Assembly: GCA_964016885.1 (NCBI GenBank) | Contig: OZ024747.1 | Coordinates: forward strand, 24,986,001 to 25,050,000 | DNA length: 64,000 bases | Reading direction: 5' to 3' | Origin: Eledone cirrhosa | Taxonomy: Eukaryota | The notes under the pieces: generated by a model | What the model was told of the DNA's origin: nothing | Seen by the model: only the letters and a program-made list of their open reading frames with translations | Databases searched by the model: none | Translations under genes and position numbers: made by a program | Shown here: positions 12,531 to 26,146 of the stretch, one piece after another | Layout: every line of letters starts with the position of its first letter | Position numbering within the stretch: position 1 is the stretch's first letter

Positions 12531-15500
12531 AATTAAAATAAGACTTGTTCTAAATAGAACTACTGTGACAGTAATATCTGCATACGCGCCCCAATCCGGA
12601 CTGCCTGGCACTATAAAAGACTGATTCTATGAGACCCTGATGCTCACTACCTCCCAAATAATCGACAGTGACTATATAATTATTGCTGGCGACCTAAATG
12701 GTCACGTTGGACAACATTGTGACGGCTATGACGGAATCCACGGAGGCTATGAGTTTGGTACTAGAAACGAGGAAGGCTCCAGAATCCTGGAATTCTGTGA
12801 TGCAAACAACCTAACTATCTGTAACACCAACTTCAAAAAACGAGACAATCACTTGATCACCTACAGTTCAGGAGAACATACCAGCCAGGTAGATTATATC
12901 CTTACCAGAAGACGTGACAGAGTGTCTGTTGTAAACACTAAATCCCTCCCCCATGAAGAATGCACCTCCCAACATAGACTGATAATTAGCGACCTCATAG
13001 TCAGGACGAGACGTACTAGACAACAGAAGAGGACTATCCTCAGGAGAAAAATATGGAAGCTAAAGGATCCCACAGCCAGAAATAAATTTCAAAGCATATT
13101 ACTTGATGCTTTCGACAGTAAGGAAGAGCAATTAGAGTCATACAAGGTAGAGGAACAGTGGGAATTCCTGAAAGCAAACCTGCTAAAGGCGGCAGATGAA
13201 GTCTGTGGCTGGAGCAGGCCTGTAGGCAGGAGGAGAGTAACATGGTGGTGGAACAGTAAGGTGGAGGGGTCAATCAAGGCCATAAAGCAGGCTTGGAAAG
13301 CATGGCGGGATGGGGGAAGTAGAGAAGACTATCAAGTGGCCAGGAGGGAAGCTAGGAGACAAGTGTACTTTGCAAGAAGGGAAGCAGAGGAAAGAAAGTT
13401 CAAGCATGTTCTACAACGCGAGGACCAAAAACATGAGGTGTTCAGGATTGCTAGGCAATGTGTCAAGGAAAACCGTGATATTGTCGGGGAGAAGTGTGTA
13501 CTTAACGATGATGGCGTACTTGCCATCACTGACGCTGATAAGAAGGTAGCTTGGAAGTATCACTACAAAAGGCTACTAAATGAGGAGAATAAATGGGAGA
13601 AAGACAGTCTCCCCCACATCGACCCAATAGAGGGACCAGCAGTGTTAGTCGAAGGTAGTATAATAAGTAAGGCAATCAAATATATGAAGACGGGTAAGGC
13701 GGCTAGGCCTTCGGAAATAGTTGCTGAGATGCTGAAAGCCTCCGGTACGGTGGGACACACCATGGTCACCCGGATAGTAAACCAAATCATACAGAATGGC
13801 GTAGCAGCATCATCGTTAACTGTTACAAGGGTAAAGGAGACGCCCTAGATAGGAGTAACTATAGAGGCATTAAATTAATCGACCAGGTCATGAAGGTCAC
13901 GGAAAAAGTAATAGCGCAACTAATCAGAGAGAGAATTGATTTAGATGAAATGCAGTTCGGGTTTGTGTCAGGCAAAAGTACCACAGATGCTCTTTTCATT
14001 GTACGACAACTACAGGAGAAGTACCTAGCTAAAAGTAAACCCCTATACTTAGCTTTTGTCGACTTGGAGAAAGCCTTCGACAGAGTCCCCCATTCCATTA
14101 TCTGGTGGGCTCTTAGAAAACTAGGTGTTGACGAATGGCTTGTGAGAGCCATACAAGCCATGTATAAAGAAAGAGTCAGCAAGGTTAGAATTAACAACGA
14201 ATATAGTGAAGAGTTTAGCGTAAAATTTGGTGTCCATCAGGGCTCTGTTCTTAGCCCCCTACTATTTATTATTGCCCTTCAGGCTATAACAGAGGAGTTC
14301 AAGACCGGCTGCCCATGAGAACTCCTATACGCAGATGATCTAACGCTCATAGCTGAATTAATGGCCGAGCTAGAGAAGAAATTCCAAACATGGAAGCACG
14401 GCCTAGAATCAAAAGGCCTTAAAATTAACCTGGCTAAGACTAAAGTTCTAGTTTGTAGGAAAGAAAATAAGGCGACGGTCCCTTCCGGGAAATGGCCATG
14501 CTCAGTGTGTAGGAAAGGCGTAGGTAGAAACTCCATTTTATGTCCCAAATGCAAAGTATGGGTGCATAAAAGATGTAGTGGGATCACAGGTAAGCTAACT
14601 AAGAACACAGATTTTACATGTGGCCGGTGCTCTGGTGCAATAAGTAGCAGCAAGTGCCCACAAAATACCAACTCTTTCAATTGCGCAGAGGGTTCTATAG
14701 AAATAGTGGACAGCTTCCGTTACCTGGGTGACAAAATCAGCAGTGGGGGAGGGTGCTCTGAAAGTACAGTAGCTAGAGTCAGAACTGGATGGAAAAAGTT
14801 CAGAGAGCTTATACCACTATTAGCCGCTAAAGGGTTCTCCCTAAAAATGAAAGGCAGGTTGTATGATGCCTGCATACGAACAACAATGTTGCAGGCAGTG
14901 AGACCTGGGCATTGTGTGCAGAGGATATACGCAGACTAGAGAGGAACGAAGCTTGCATGCTCCGCTGGATGTGTAATAGTAATATACGTGAACGGCAAAG
15001 CATAAACGAAGGAAAAAATTAGAAATAAGAGGGATCAGATGTTGTTTACTCGAGAGAAGGCTACGTTGGTATGGTCACGTGATGCGGATGAAAGACGACA
15101 GCTGTATAACAAAGTGCAGGGCAATAAAGATAGATGGTAGCCACGGAGTAGGCAGACCCAGGAAAACCTGGGGCGAGCTGATAAATTCCGACCTCACACA
15201 CTTACACCTCTCCAAGAAGACAATGTCACTGGACCGAGACCTTTGGCGGTACTCAGTAACAGAGAAGACCCGCCTTACCTAAATACAAAGTAAAACCTAC
15301 TACAGTCAGTAGGCATCTCTAACAAAATACACCCCCGTCCCACCACCCCCACCCCATCCACACCGCCCCCTTCAATGCAAATTTATGTTGGTGCCACAAC
15401 ATCCAGGCCGAAACAAATGAGATCGTGTAGGTGTCACGACAGAAAACACACAGTCCACGCTGTAATGTGGCCGTGTAGGCAACACGGTAAAAACCTCCCA

Positions 15501-15780
15501 GTCCCACACTGTAAATGTGGTTGGTGTTAGGAAGGGCATCCAGCTGTAGAAAACCCGCCAGACAGTCCACGCTGTAATGTGACCGTGTAGGCAACACGGT
15601 GAAAACCTCCCAGCCCCACACTGTAAATGTGGTTGGTGTTAGGAAGGGCATCCAGCTGTAGAAAACCTGCCAGACAGTCCTATGCGAGCAAGACAACCAC
15701 TCTTGCCTCAAGTGGGAAAACCCCCGTCCAAACCCATGCAAGCGTGGAACAGGGACGTTAAACGATGATGATGATGATGA
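12531..15780 (+). mobile_element. RTE-clade LINE, 5'-truncated, disrupted (APE + RT + PHD-like finger, (GAT)n tail)
   Basis: [23 protein letters not shown] and TSQHRL (APE); QFGF, FVDLEKAFDRV, GVHQGSVLSPLLF, YADD (RT). Stops and frameshifts split the ORF; ends GTTAAAC(GAT)n. Confidence 0.93.
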
Positions 15781-15956
15781 TATGTATAAATATATATATA
15801 TATGTATAAATATATATATATATATGTATAAATATATATATATATATATGTATAAATATATATATATATATGTATAAATATATATATATATGTATAAATA
15901 TATATATATATGTATAAATATATATATATATGTATAAATATATATATATATATTTG

Positions 15957-15992
<36 letters not shown>

Positions 15993-16157
15993 TATATATA
16001 TGTATAAATATATATATATGTATAAATATATATATATGTATAAATATATATATATATATTTGTATAAATATATATATATATATAAATATATATATATGTA
16101 TAAATATATATATATATATTTGTATAAATATATATATATATATTTGTATAAATATAT

Positions 16158-16193
<36 letters not shown>

Positions 16194-16198
16194 GTATT

Positions 16199-16230
<32 letters not shown>

Positions 16231-16240
16231 TATATATATG

Positions 16241-16277
<37 letters not shown>

Positions 16278-16330
16278 AAATATATATATATATGTATAAA
16301 TATATATATATATGTATAAATATATATATA

Positions 16331-17588
16331 TCTTGACTTTGCGAAGGCCTTTGACAAGGTCGACCACGGAATGATATGTCACAAACTACATGGACTCGGT
16401 ATAACTGGAAATGTAGGTGAGTGGCTGCATGACTTCCTAAAGGACAGAAGCCAGGCAGTCGCAGCAAATGGGGCCCTCTCAAAGGAAACACCAATAACAT
16501 GTGGAGTGCCCCAGGGGACAGTGCTGGGACCACTACTGTTTTTGGTGGCTCTCTCAGACATGCCCTCTGTAGTACATACAGCAACATCCCTCAGTAGCTA
16601 TGCTGATGACACTAAGGTAGCACAGGCAATCAAAAACCCGGCTGACGCTGCCCTTTTACAGCAGGATCTGGATGCCATATACAGATGGGCGGAAGAAAAC
16701 AACATGCAGTTTAATGCTGGCAAATTCCAAGCCCTACAATACAAACCTCCAAACAAACCTGCAAACACAAATATAGTACAACACAACTACACAGGACCAG
16801 GAGGGACCGATATCCCCGTGTCAAAATCGATACGAGACCTGGGCATAGACATGAGCGATGATGCATCTTTTTCTTCACACATCATGAAAGTGGCGACAAT
16901 GTGCAGACGACTCACTGGCTTGATCTTGAGGACTTTCCGGACAAGAGATCGAGACACCATGTAGACACTATGGAGGACATTTGTCCTAAGCCGCCTGGAC
17001 TACTACTCCCAGTTGTTGTCATCCCATAGTGTCAAACTAACCACGGAGCTTGAGGCAATCCAGCGAAGCTACACCAAGAGGATTGCCAAGATGAGGGAGT
17101 CAAGCTACTGGGAGAGGCTAAAGGAACTGAACCTCTACTCCTTGGAACGAAGACGGGAGAGATACGCAGTGATCTACATGTGGAAAATCCTGGAGGGACT
17201 AGCACCAAACTTTGGCATTGGGAGCTGGACCAACCGTCGAACAGGACGTCACTGTGTGGTGCCAAAGGTCCCGTCTTCCACATCTAGAATAAGGAGCAGG
17301 TATTGAAATAGCCTGGGATTCAAGGGCCCTCAACTCTTCAACAAGCTGCCGAGGGATCTGAGAGATTTGCATGACATGGAGGTGGATGTCTTCAAGAAAC
17401 ATCTCGACACATTGTTATCCAGGATCCCAGATGAGCCCACAGCAAGACACGAGGAAAACCTAAGGGCAGCAGCAACAAACTCCCTCTTACACCAGTGGCC
17501 AACCTATACAGGCTGGAGATAAAATGTGTAACAACAAGGGCGGTGCCCCAGCATGGCCTCAGCCGGATGGCTGAAACAGGTAAAGAAA

Positions 17589-17590
<2 letters not shown>
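16331..17590 (+). mobile_element. CR1-group LINE, 5'-truncated RT fragment
   Basis: [42 protein letters not shown] and YWERLKELNLYSLERRRER; internal stops. Confidence 0.88.
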
Positions 17591-17628
<38 letters not shown>

Positions 17629-18052
17629 GCTAGTGGATGATATCAACGCTTGGCTAAGTTTGACTCAACAAGGCGTTTCCATTGTGATGCTGCGAGTACG
17701 CTGTAATTCCTATGTTGTAAACACTTGGAGTAATAATAAATCAGGAAAGAAGAGTGACACGGTTTGCTATACAAAAAAGGTTTTAATCTCATTGCTCACA
17801 ATTGTTTCTCTGAACTGGTAGGTCTAGAGATCGCTATCCGCTTATTTTCACGTTACTCGATCGCCAATACAAAGTTATAACCAGTCAGTTCATCGGAGCT
17901 TGCGAGAATGAAAAGAATATACAGGCATGAAAAGAATATACAGGCTACTATATGTAGTAGTAATGGCATTCAGTCAGAACAATAACAACAATATCAACGA
18001 TGCTAGCAATAAATTATTTGAAATAATGACAACATCAATCTTTCCTGATTTA
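17629..18052 (-). mobile_element. PLE 3' end with degenerate hammerhead (17794-17899) and 14-bp inverted short arm
   Basis: Minus strand GCT-CCGATGA-long stem II-GAAAC-AATT-GTG-AGC. taaatcaggaaaga at ~17737 is mirrored by tctttcctgattta at ~18039-18052. Confidence 0.55.
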
Positions 18053-18072
18053 TATATAAATATATATATATA

Positions 18073-18423
18073 TCATCATCATCATCATCATCATTTCATT
18101 TTACGTCCGCTTTTCCCTGCTTGCAAGGGTGGGACGAGAACTGATTCTGGCTTGATTTCTACAGCTGGATGCCCTTCCTAACACCAACCTCATTTACAGT
18201 GAGTGCTGGGTGCTTTTTTTTGTCGTGGCACCTCCACGACCACTTTACAGTGGAATGATAGGGACCCCAGTCCCTATCATCTCATTTCTACAGCTGAGTA
18301 AACTGGAGCAATGTGAAATAAAGTGTCTTGCTCGAGGAAACAACACATCACCTGGTGAGAGAATTGAACTCACAACCTTTCGACTGCAAGGCCAATGCTC
18401 TAAACACTAAGCCATGTGCCTCC
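18073..18423 (-). mobile_element. tRNA-derived SINE (CORE-like centre, RTE-type 3' end, (GAT)n tail)
   Basis: A/B-box-like head (tggcttagtg...gagttcaattc), ctcgagcaagacactttatttcac centre; related to 49719-50058. Confidence 0.8.
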
Positions 18424-18447
18424 ATATATATAAATATATATAAATAT

Positions 18448-20022
18448 ATGCTGAAGGCATCTGGTTCGGTGGGACACACCATGGTCACCCGGATAGTTAA
18501 CCAAGTCGTACAGAATGGGGTTGTTCCGAAGGAATGGCGTAGCAGCATCATCGTTAACTGCTATAAGGGAAAAGGAGATGCCCTAGATAGGAGTAACTAT
18601 AGAGGCATTAAATTAATCGACCAGGTCATGAAGGTCACGGAAAAAGTAATAGCGCAACTAATCAGAGAGAGAATTGATCTAGATGAAATGCAGTTCGGGT
18701 TTGTGTCAGGCAAAAGTACCACAGACGCTCTTTTCATTGTACGACAACTACAGGAGAAGTACCTAGCTAAAAGTAAACCCCTATACTTAACTTTCGTCGA
18801 CTTGGAGAAAGCCTTCGACAGAGTCCCCCGTTCTATTATCTGGTGGTCTCTTAGAAAACTAGGTGTTGACGAATGGCTTGTGAGAGCTATACAAGCCATG
18901 TATAAAGAAACAGTCAGTAAGGTTAGAATTAACAACGAATATAGTGAAGAGTTTAGCGTAAAAGTTGGTGTCCATCAGGGCTCTGTTCTTAGCCCCCTAC
19001 TATTTATTATTGCCCTTCAGGCTATAACAGAGGAGTTCAAGACCGGCTGCCCATGGGAACTCCTATACGCAGATGATCTAACGCTCATAGCTGAATCAAT
19101 GACCGAACTAGAGAAGAAATTCCAAACATGGAAGCACGGCCTAGAATCAAAAGGCCTTAAAATTAACCTGGCTAAGACTAAAGTTCTAGTTTGTAGGAAA
19201 GAAAATAAGGCGGCGGTCCCATCTGGGAAATGGCCATGCTCAGTGTGCAGGAAAGGCGTAGGTAGAAACTCCATTTTATGTCCCAAATGCAAAGTATGGG
19301 TGCATAAAAGATGTAGTGGGATCACAGGTAAGCTAACTAAGAACATAGATTTTACATGTGGCCGGTGCTCTGGTGCAATAAGTAGCAGCAAGTGCCCACA
19401 AAATACTAGCTCCTTCAACTGCGCAGAGGGTTCTATAGAAATAGTGGACAGCTTCCGTTATCTGGGTGACAAAATCAGCAGTGGGGGAGGGTGCTCTGAA
19501 AGTACAGTAGCTAGAGTCAGAACTGGATGGAAAAAGTTCAGAGAGCTTATACCACTATTAGCCGCTAGAGGGTTCTCCCTAAAAATGAAAGGCAGGTTAT
19601 ATGATGCCTGCATACGAACAGCAATGCTGCATGGCAGTGAGACCTGGGCATTGTGTGCAGAGGATATACGCAGACTAGAGAGGAACGAAGCTTGCATGCT
19701 CCGCTGGATGTGCAATAGTAATATACGTGAACGGCAAAGCATAAACGAACTAAGGAAAAAATTAGAAATAAGAGGGATCAGATGTTGTTTACTCGAGAGA
19801 AGGCTACGTTGGTACGGTCACGTGATGCGCATGAAAGACGACAGCTGTATAACAAAGTGCAAGGCAATAAAGATAGACGGTAGCCACGGAGTAGGCAGAC
19901 CCAGAAAAACATGGGACGAGCTGATAAATTCCGACCTCACACGCTTACACCTCTCCAAGACAATGTCACTGGACCGAGACCTTTGGCGGTACTCAGTAAT
20001 AGAGAAGACCCGCCTTACCTAA
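18448..20022 (+). CDS. RTE reverse transcriptase with embedded C4HC3 (PHD-like) finger, open frame
   Basis: NYRGIKL, QFGF, DLEKAFD, YADD, CSVC..CPKC..HKRC..CGRC, FRYLG, RLRWYGHV and GRPRKTW. Confidence 0.9.
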   Translation: MLKASGSVGHTMVTRIVNQVVQNGVVPKEWRSSIIVNCYKGKGDALDRSNYRGIKLIDQVMKVTEKVIAQLIRERIDLDEMQFGFVSGKSTTDALFIVRQLQEKYLAKSKPLYLTFVDLEKAFDRVPRSIIWWSLRKLGVDEWLVRAIQAMYKETVSKVRINNEYSEEFSVKVGVHQGSVLSPLLFIIALQAITEEFKTGCPWELLYADDLTLIAESMTELEKKFQTWKHGLESKGLKINLAKTKVLVCRKENKAAVPSGKWPCSVCRKGVGRNSILCPKCKVWVHKRCSGITGKLTKNIDFTCGRCSGAISSSKCPQNTSSFNCAEGSIEIVDSFRYLGDKISSGGGCSESTVARVRTGWKKFRELIPLLAARGFSLKMKGRLYDACIRTAMLHGSETWALCAEDIRRLERNEACMLRWMCNSNIRERQSINELRKKLEIRGIRCCLLERRLRWYGHVMRMKDDSCITKCKAIKIDGSHGVGRPRKTWDELINSDLTRLHLSKTMSLDRDLWRYSVIEKTRLT

Positions 20023-20507
20023 ATACAAAGTAAAAACCTACTACAGTCAGTAGGCATCTCTATCAAAACACACCCCCGTCCCACCACCTCCACCCCACCC
20101 ACACCGCCCCTTTCAATGTAAAGTTATGTTGGTCCCACAACATCCAGGCCGAAACAAATGAGATCGTGTAGGTGTCACGACAAAAAACACACAGTCCACG
20201 CTGTAAATGTGGCCGTGTAGGCAACACGGTAAAAACCTCCCAGCCCCACACTGTAAATGTGGTTGGTGTTAGGAAGGGCATCCAGCTGTAGAAAACCCGC
20301 CAGACAGTCCACGCTGTAATGTGGCCGTGTAGGCAACACGGTAAAAACCTCCCAGCCCCACACTGTAAATGCGGTTGGTGTTAGGAAGGGCATCCAACTG
20401 TAGAAAACCTGCCAGACAGTCCTATGCGAGCAAGACAATCACTCTTGCCTCAAGTGGGACTACCCCCGTCCAAACCCATGCAAGCATGGAACACGGACGT
20501 TAAACGT

Positions 20508-20538
<31 letters not shown>
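18448..20538 (+). mobile_element. RTE LINE, 5'-truncated, same family as 12531-15780
   Basis: High identity to 13730-15780; duplicated ~112-bp unit in the 3' UTR; (GAT)n tail. Confidence 0.93.
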
Positions 20539-20573
20539 ATAAATATATATATATATTTCGTTTCTGAATTTGT

Positions 20574-20613
<40 letters not shown>

Positions 20614-20654
20614 TATAAATATATATATATATATATATAAATAGATATATAAAT

Positions 20655-20705
<51 letters not shown>

Positions 20706-20748
20706 AATAGATATATAAATATATATATATATAAATATATATATAAAT

Positions 20749-20875
<127 letters not shown>

Positions 20876-21342
20876 AATATATATAAATATATATATAAAA
20901 ATATATATATATATATAAATATATATAAATATAAATATATATAAATATATATATATATAAATATAAATATATATAAATATATATATATATAAATATAAAA
21001 TATTAAACAAATAATGAATAAAACAATGAAACAGTTCCTTATATTAAACAAAAAAAGTTCATTATTTAACGATCGTTTCTAGGATATATATGTGTTAGAA
21101 TTGGCATGCATATTCAACAGATCTATGTACAAAATTATACAAAATTATACAAACTATCAAGATTAAATATACATACCAAACACACATATACGCCGTCTTC
21201 AGAAATAATGAAATATATTTATTGATAATAACAACAATTCAAAATTTCAGGTCCGTTTGGGAACAGAGTTCAAAATTGACCAATGAAAATACAAAAGGTT
21301 TTATGCAGTTTGGTGTGTGTATATACATGTAACTACCCCGTA

Positions 21343-22023
21343 GCTCCATTTAATTTACAAATTAAGGATAATATTGCTAAAAAATTTTTTTATATCCTAG
21401 AGAAAAACTTCCCGCCAAACCACAAATACCATCAAATCTTAAATAGGTCTACAGTTAAATTCTCATACTCAACAACAAATAACATAAAACAAAATATAAG
21501 TGCCTATAATGCATATAAATGTAAGAAAACCATAAGTATACCACCAGTACATCAAATTAACCATAATATCTCCTCAAATACAGAATTAACGAAAGGTTGT
21601 AACTGTAGAAACAAAGCAAACTGCCCATTAAAAGGGAATTGTCTTGTTAACAACATAGTCTATAAATGTAATGTTAAAACTAAAGATTCTATTTGCTCAT
21701 ATATAGGAGCTACTTCTAACAATTTTAAGACAAGGTTTAATACCCACAAGCATAGTTTTAAAAATGCCGCACTGGCTAATACAACATCTCTAGCAGAAAA
21801 AATCAATAGTTATAAAAATAAGAATATAGAATATGATTTGACCTGGAGTGTGCTCAAAAGAGCCACCCCTTATCAAAATAATAGAAATGAATGTAGATTA
21901 TGTTCCCAAGAACTATTTGAAATAATGAAATCTAAGGATATCCTATTAAATAAACGACAGGAATTAATTATATCGTGTAATCATAAACTAAAAAAAACAT
22001 TTAAATATTATAAACCTAATTAA
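21343..22023 (+). CDS. PLE C-terminal thumb + GIY-YIG endonuclease (5'-truncated)
   Basis: PFN, FPPNHKYHQILNR, CNCRNKANCPLKGNCL, IVYKC, YIGAT, FKTR, CRLC, LNKR and CNH; homologous to the PLE-A C-terminus. Confidence 0.88.
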   Translation, partial: APFNLQIKDNIAKKFFYILEKNFPPNHKYHQILNRSTVKFSYSTTNNIKQNISAYNAYKCKKTISIPPVHQINHNISSNTELTKGCNCRNKANCPLKGNCLVNNIVYKCNVKTKDSICSYIGATSNNFKTRFNTHKHSFKNAALANTTSLAEKINSYKNKNIEYDLTWSVLKRATPYQNNRNECRLCSQELFEIMKSKDILLNKRQELIISCNHKLKKTFKYYKPN

Positions 22024-22515
22024 TAACATTATTTTAGAAATTAATTTAATTTAAATGTTAGTTAACCTATAAATTTAATTTAATTAAAATTCTACTACAG
22101 ATGAGAATATAAAATATTGTGTAATCATAAATTGTGAAAAACCTTTAAATATTACTAATATATACTTAGTAATTTAATTTATAGATTAATTTTAATTTAT
22201 TTAAACCTTTTATTAAAATTCCTTTACAGATAAAATATAACAAAATATCGTGTATCCAATGACAGAGAAATAATTTTTAGTATTATAGACCTAATTAATA
22301 TACATTTTAGAAATATATTTATAATTTGGTTTTAAATTTAGTCAACCTAAAAATTTAATTTAATTGGCTTAAAATTAGTATCCTAATACAGACGGATTGC
22401 AGAGTGTCATGTAATCATAGAATGGGATGTGTTTTGGATGTATACCTAGTTAATATATTCTTTGCAATTTTTGAAAAAATATGTATGTGTATGTATGTAC
22501 ATGTATGTGTATGTA

Positions 22516-22584
<69 letters not shown>

Positions 22585-23373
22585 ATGTATATGTATATGT
22601 ATTAATTTTGATTTCTATTTGCATATAATTATATTCTGCTATTGATAAAATACAATATCTGTTTTATTTATTATATACCTAATTAACATATACTATAGAA
22701 ATTAATATATAATTTTTAATTTAGTTAACCTATAATTTATATTCTACTACCGATGTAATACTTTATTTGTTTTTTCCCTATTACTAAATTCATTTCCTAA
22801 TATTGATACCATAACGTTAATAACTTTAATTTAGTTATACTATAATTAATACTCTACTACTATTTAACTTCAAAATTCTGCTTCAAATATTATAAACCTA
22901 ACTAATTTACACCTTAGAAATCAATATGTTAACTATCTTTAGTTTAGTTAACATATAATTAATGGTATACTTATTTTGAAATGCATAATTTTGCCTTATT
23001 TCTTGCATTTCCTAACACTGAAACTATGTAAAAACATATATTGGGATCCAGATACAGATAATATTCTATGTTTCTTGAAACATATATTTACTATAATCCC
23101 CTTCTCCACCCCCCCCCTTTCCCCCATACTATTATCATCTGTGTTTGTAAGCGTGTATGTAAGAATATATATGTAGGTAGGTGTATATATGTTTGGGTGT
23201 TTATATCTGAATATAAAAATACATATATGCGCATGCAAATAAGAATGTAAGATTGTGTGTATATATATGTGTGTATATATATATATATATATGTGTATAT
23301 ATGCATGTGTATATATATGTGTATATGTATATATATATATATGTGTATATGTGTATATGTGTGTGGGCGTGTA

Positions 23374-23404
<31 letters not shown>

Positions 23405-23578
23405 GTGTGTATGTATGTGTATGTATATATGTGTATATATATGTATGTCTCTCTATATATATGTCTATCTTCGTATCTATGTGGGTATATGTGTGTATGT
23501 ACATGTATGCACATGTATATGTTTATGTGTATATGTGTGTATGTGTATATATGTACGTGTGCGCACATATATATGTGA

Positions 23579-23612
<34 letters not shown>

Positions 23613-24231
23613 GTATATCTATGTGTGTATATATGTCTATATTCGTATGTGTATATATATATATATATATATATTATTTATTATTATAATATAACTTATG
23701 TGTATGTGTATATATGTGAGGGTGTGTATATGTATATATATGTATATATATGTGTAAAAATATATATGTGTATGTGTGTTTTTTGTGTGTGTGTATATAT
23801 ATGTATGTATATATGTGTGTATGTGTGTGTTTGTATGTGTGTTTATGGTTGTATGTGTGTGTGGGTGTATATATATAAATGTATGTGTATATATATATAT
23901 ATATGTGTATATGTATCTCTATTAATGTGTGTATATATGTATATGTATATACCTTTTTCTTTGTATGTCTGAGTTGTGTGAGAGTGTAGTGGTGTTTGTA
24001 TGTATATACGCATATATGGATGCGTATGTATTTGTATATATGAGTATATGTAAGTGCGTATGTATGTATGAATATATATCTATGTCTATGTATGACTATA
24101 TATGTGTGTGTATGTATGTTGTGTGTGTATGTATGTATGTGTCTATGTGTGTATATATATATATGTGTGTATATGTATGTATGTGTGTGTATGTATGTAC
24201 ATATATGTGTATGTATATGTGTATGTATATG

Positions 24232-24286
<55 letters not shown>

Positions 24287-24801
24287 TTATTTTATATATA
24301 TGTGTGTGTGTGTATGTGTGTGTGTGTATATATATCTTTATATATGTGTATGTGTATGTTCGTGTAGGTGTATGTGTGTGTATGACTATATATGTATGTG
24401 TGTATGTGTGTATGTATGTATATGTATGTGTGTGTACATGTATGTATGTGTATGTATATATATGTGTGTATATGTGTATGTATATATATATATATATATA
24501 TGTGTATATATATATATATGTATATGTATCTCTATTTGTATGTGTATATGTGTATAGGTATATACCTTTTTCTTTGTATGTCTGAGTTGTGTGAGAGTGT
24601 AGTGGTGTTTGTATGTATATACCGATATATGGATGCGTAAGTATTTGTGTGTATGTATGTATGTATGTCTGTATGTATTTGTGTGTATATATAGGTATGT
24701 ATGTGTATATCTGTATGTATATAAGTATGTATGTGTATGTATATGTGCGTGTATGTGTATATATATGTGTGTCTATATATGTATGTGTGATTATATGTGT
24801 A

Positions 24802-24852
<51 letters not shown>

Positions 24853-24917
24853 ATATGTGTGTATGTGTGTATATGTATATGTTTATATATGTGTGTGTAT
24901 GTGTGTTCTATGTGTAG

Positions 24918-25039
<122 letters not shown>

Positions 25040-25669
25040 TTTCTTGATATATTTCTTTTTTCTTTTTTCTTTTTCTTTTCTTTCCTTTTTATTTTTTATT
25101 TTTTATTTCTTAGTTTATAGATACATCTATAAATAAGCAGTCTGCCCAAACCGTTGAATACTGACCTCTCCCCCCCTCCCACCTAATTTCTGTATCTTGA
25201 TCTAAATGTGTGTGGCAGTGTTTATGTGAGTGAATTAATATCCATGTGCTTATGATAATATTATATCCACATATATATATGTGTGTGGGGGTGTGTGTGT
25301 GTGTATGTATGTTCGTAATTATGTGTATGTTTATGCATATACGCGCGCGTGTGTGTGAGTGTACGGATATGTGTGAGTATGAGAATATGTGTATACACTT
25401 ATTTCATATTTATGTGTCTATACGCATCTTATCTGTGCATTATAAACTTACAGAGACATTAGCCTTGAAATTTTGTATTTGCATGCATCTTTTTGGCATG
25501 CGTATGCATGTTGAGCATACATCTTTGTATAAATATGTGTACGGGGTAGTTACATGTATATACACACACCAAACTGCATAAAACCTTTTGTATTTTCATT
25601 GGTCAATTTTGAACTCTGTTCCCAAACGGACCTGAAATTTTGAATTGTTGTTATTATCAATAAATATAT

Positions 25670-25824
25670 TTCATTATTTCTGAAGACGGCGTATATGTGT
25701 GTTTGGTATGTATATTTAATCTTGATAGTTTGTATAATTTTGTATAATTTTGTACATAGATCTGTTGAATATGCATGCCAATTCTAACACATATATATCC
25801 TAGAAACGATCGTTAAATAATGAA
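25670..25824 (+). ncRNA. Type I hammerhead with ~115-nt stem II (mirror copy 21058-21212, minus)
   Basis: TTCATTATTT-CTGAAGA-long hairpin-GAAAC-GATC-GTT-AAATAATGAA; perfect 10-bp stem I. Confidence 0.75.
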
Positions 25825-26050
25825 CTTTTTTTGTTTAATATAAGGAACTGTTTCATTGTTTTATTCATTATTTGTTTAATATTTTATCTTGACTCTGTAT
25901 ACCGTTTATCTTTCACCGAAAGTGATTTTTCATTACATCTCTTCTTTCCATGATATCCGGAATACATTGAGTTCTTCATACGGATTGGACACTACCGTAA
26001 ACTCTTGGTAGATTTATCTACATATATATAAATATATATATATATATATA

Positions 26051-26084
<34 letters not shown>

Positions 26085-26087
26085 AAT

Positions 26088-26146
<59 letters not shown>

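Noticed and set aside
18328-18447. N-terminal 40 aa of the 564-aa ORF
   Set aside because: Chance read-through from an antisense SINE and TA tract into the truncated RTE.
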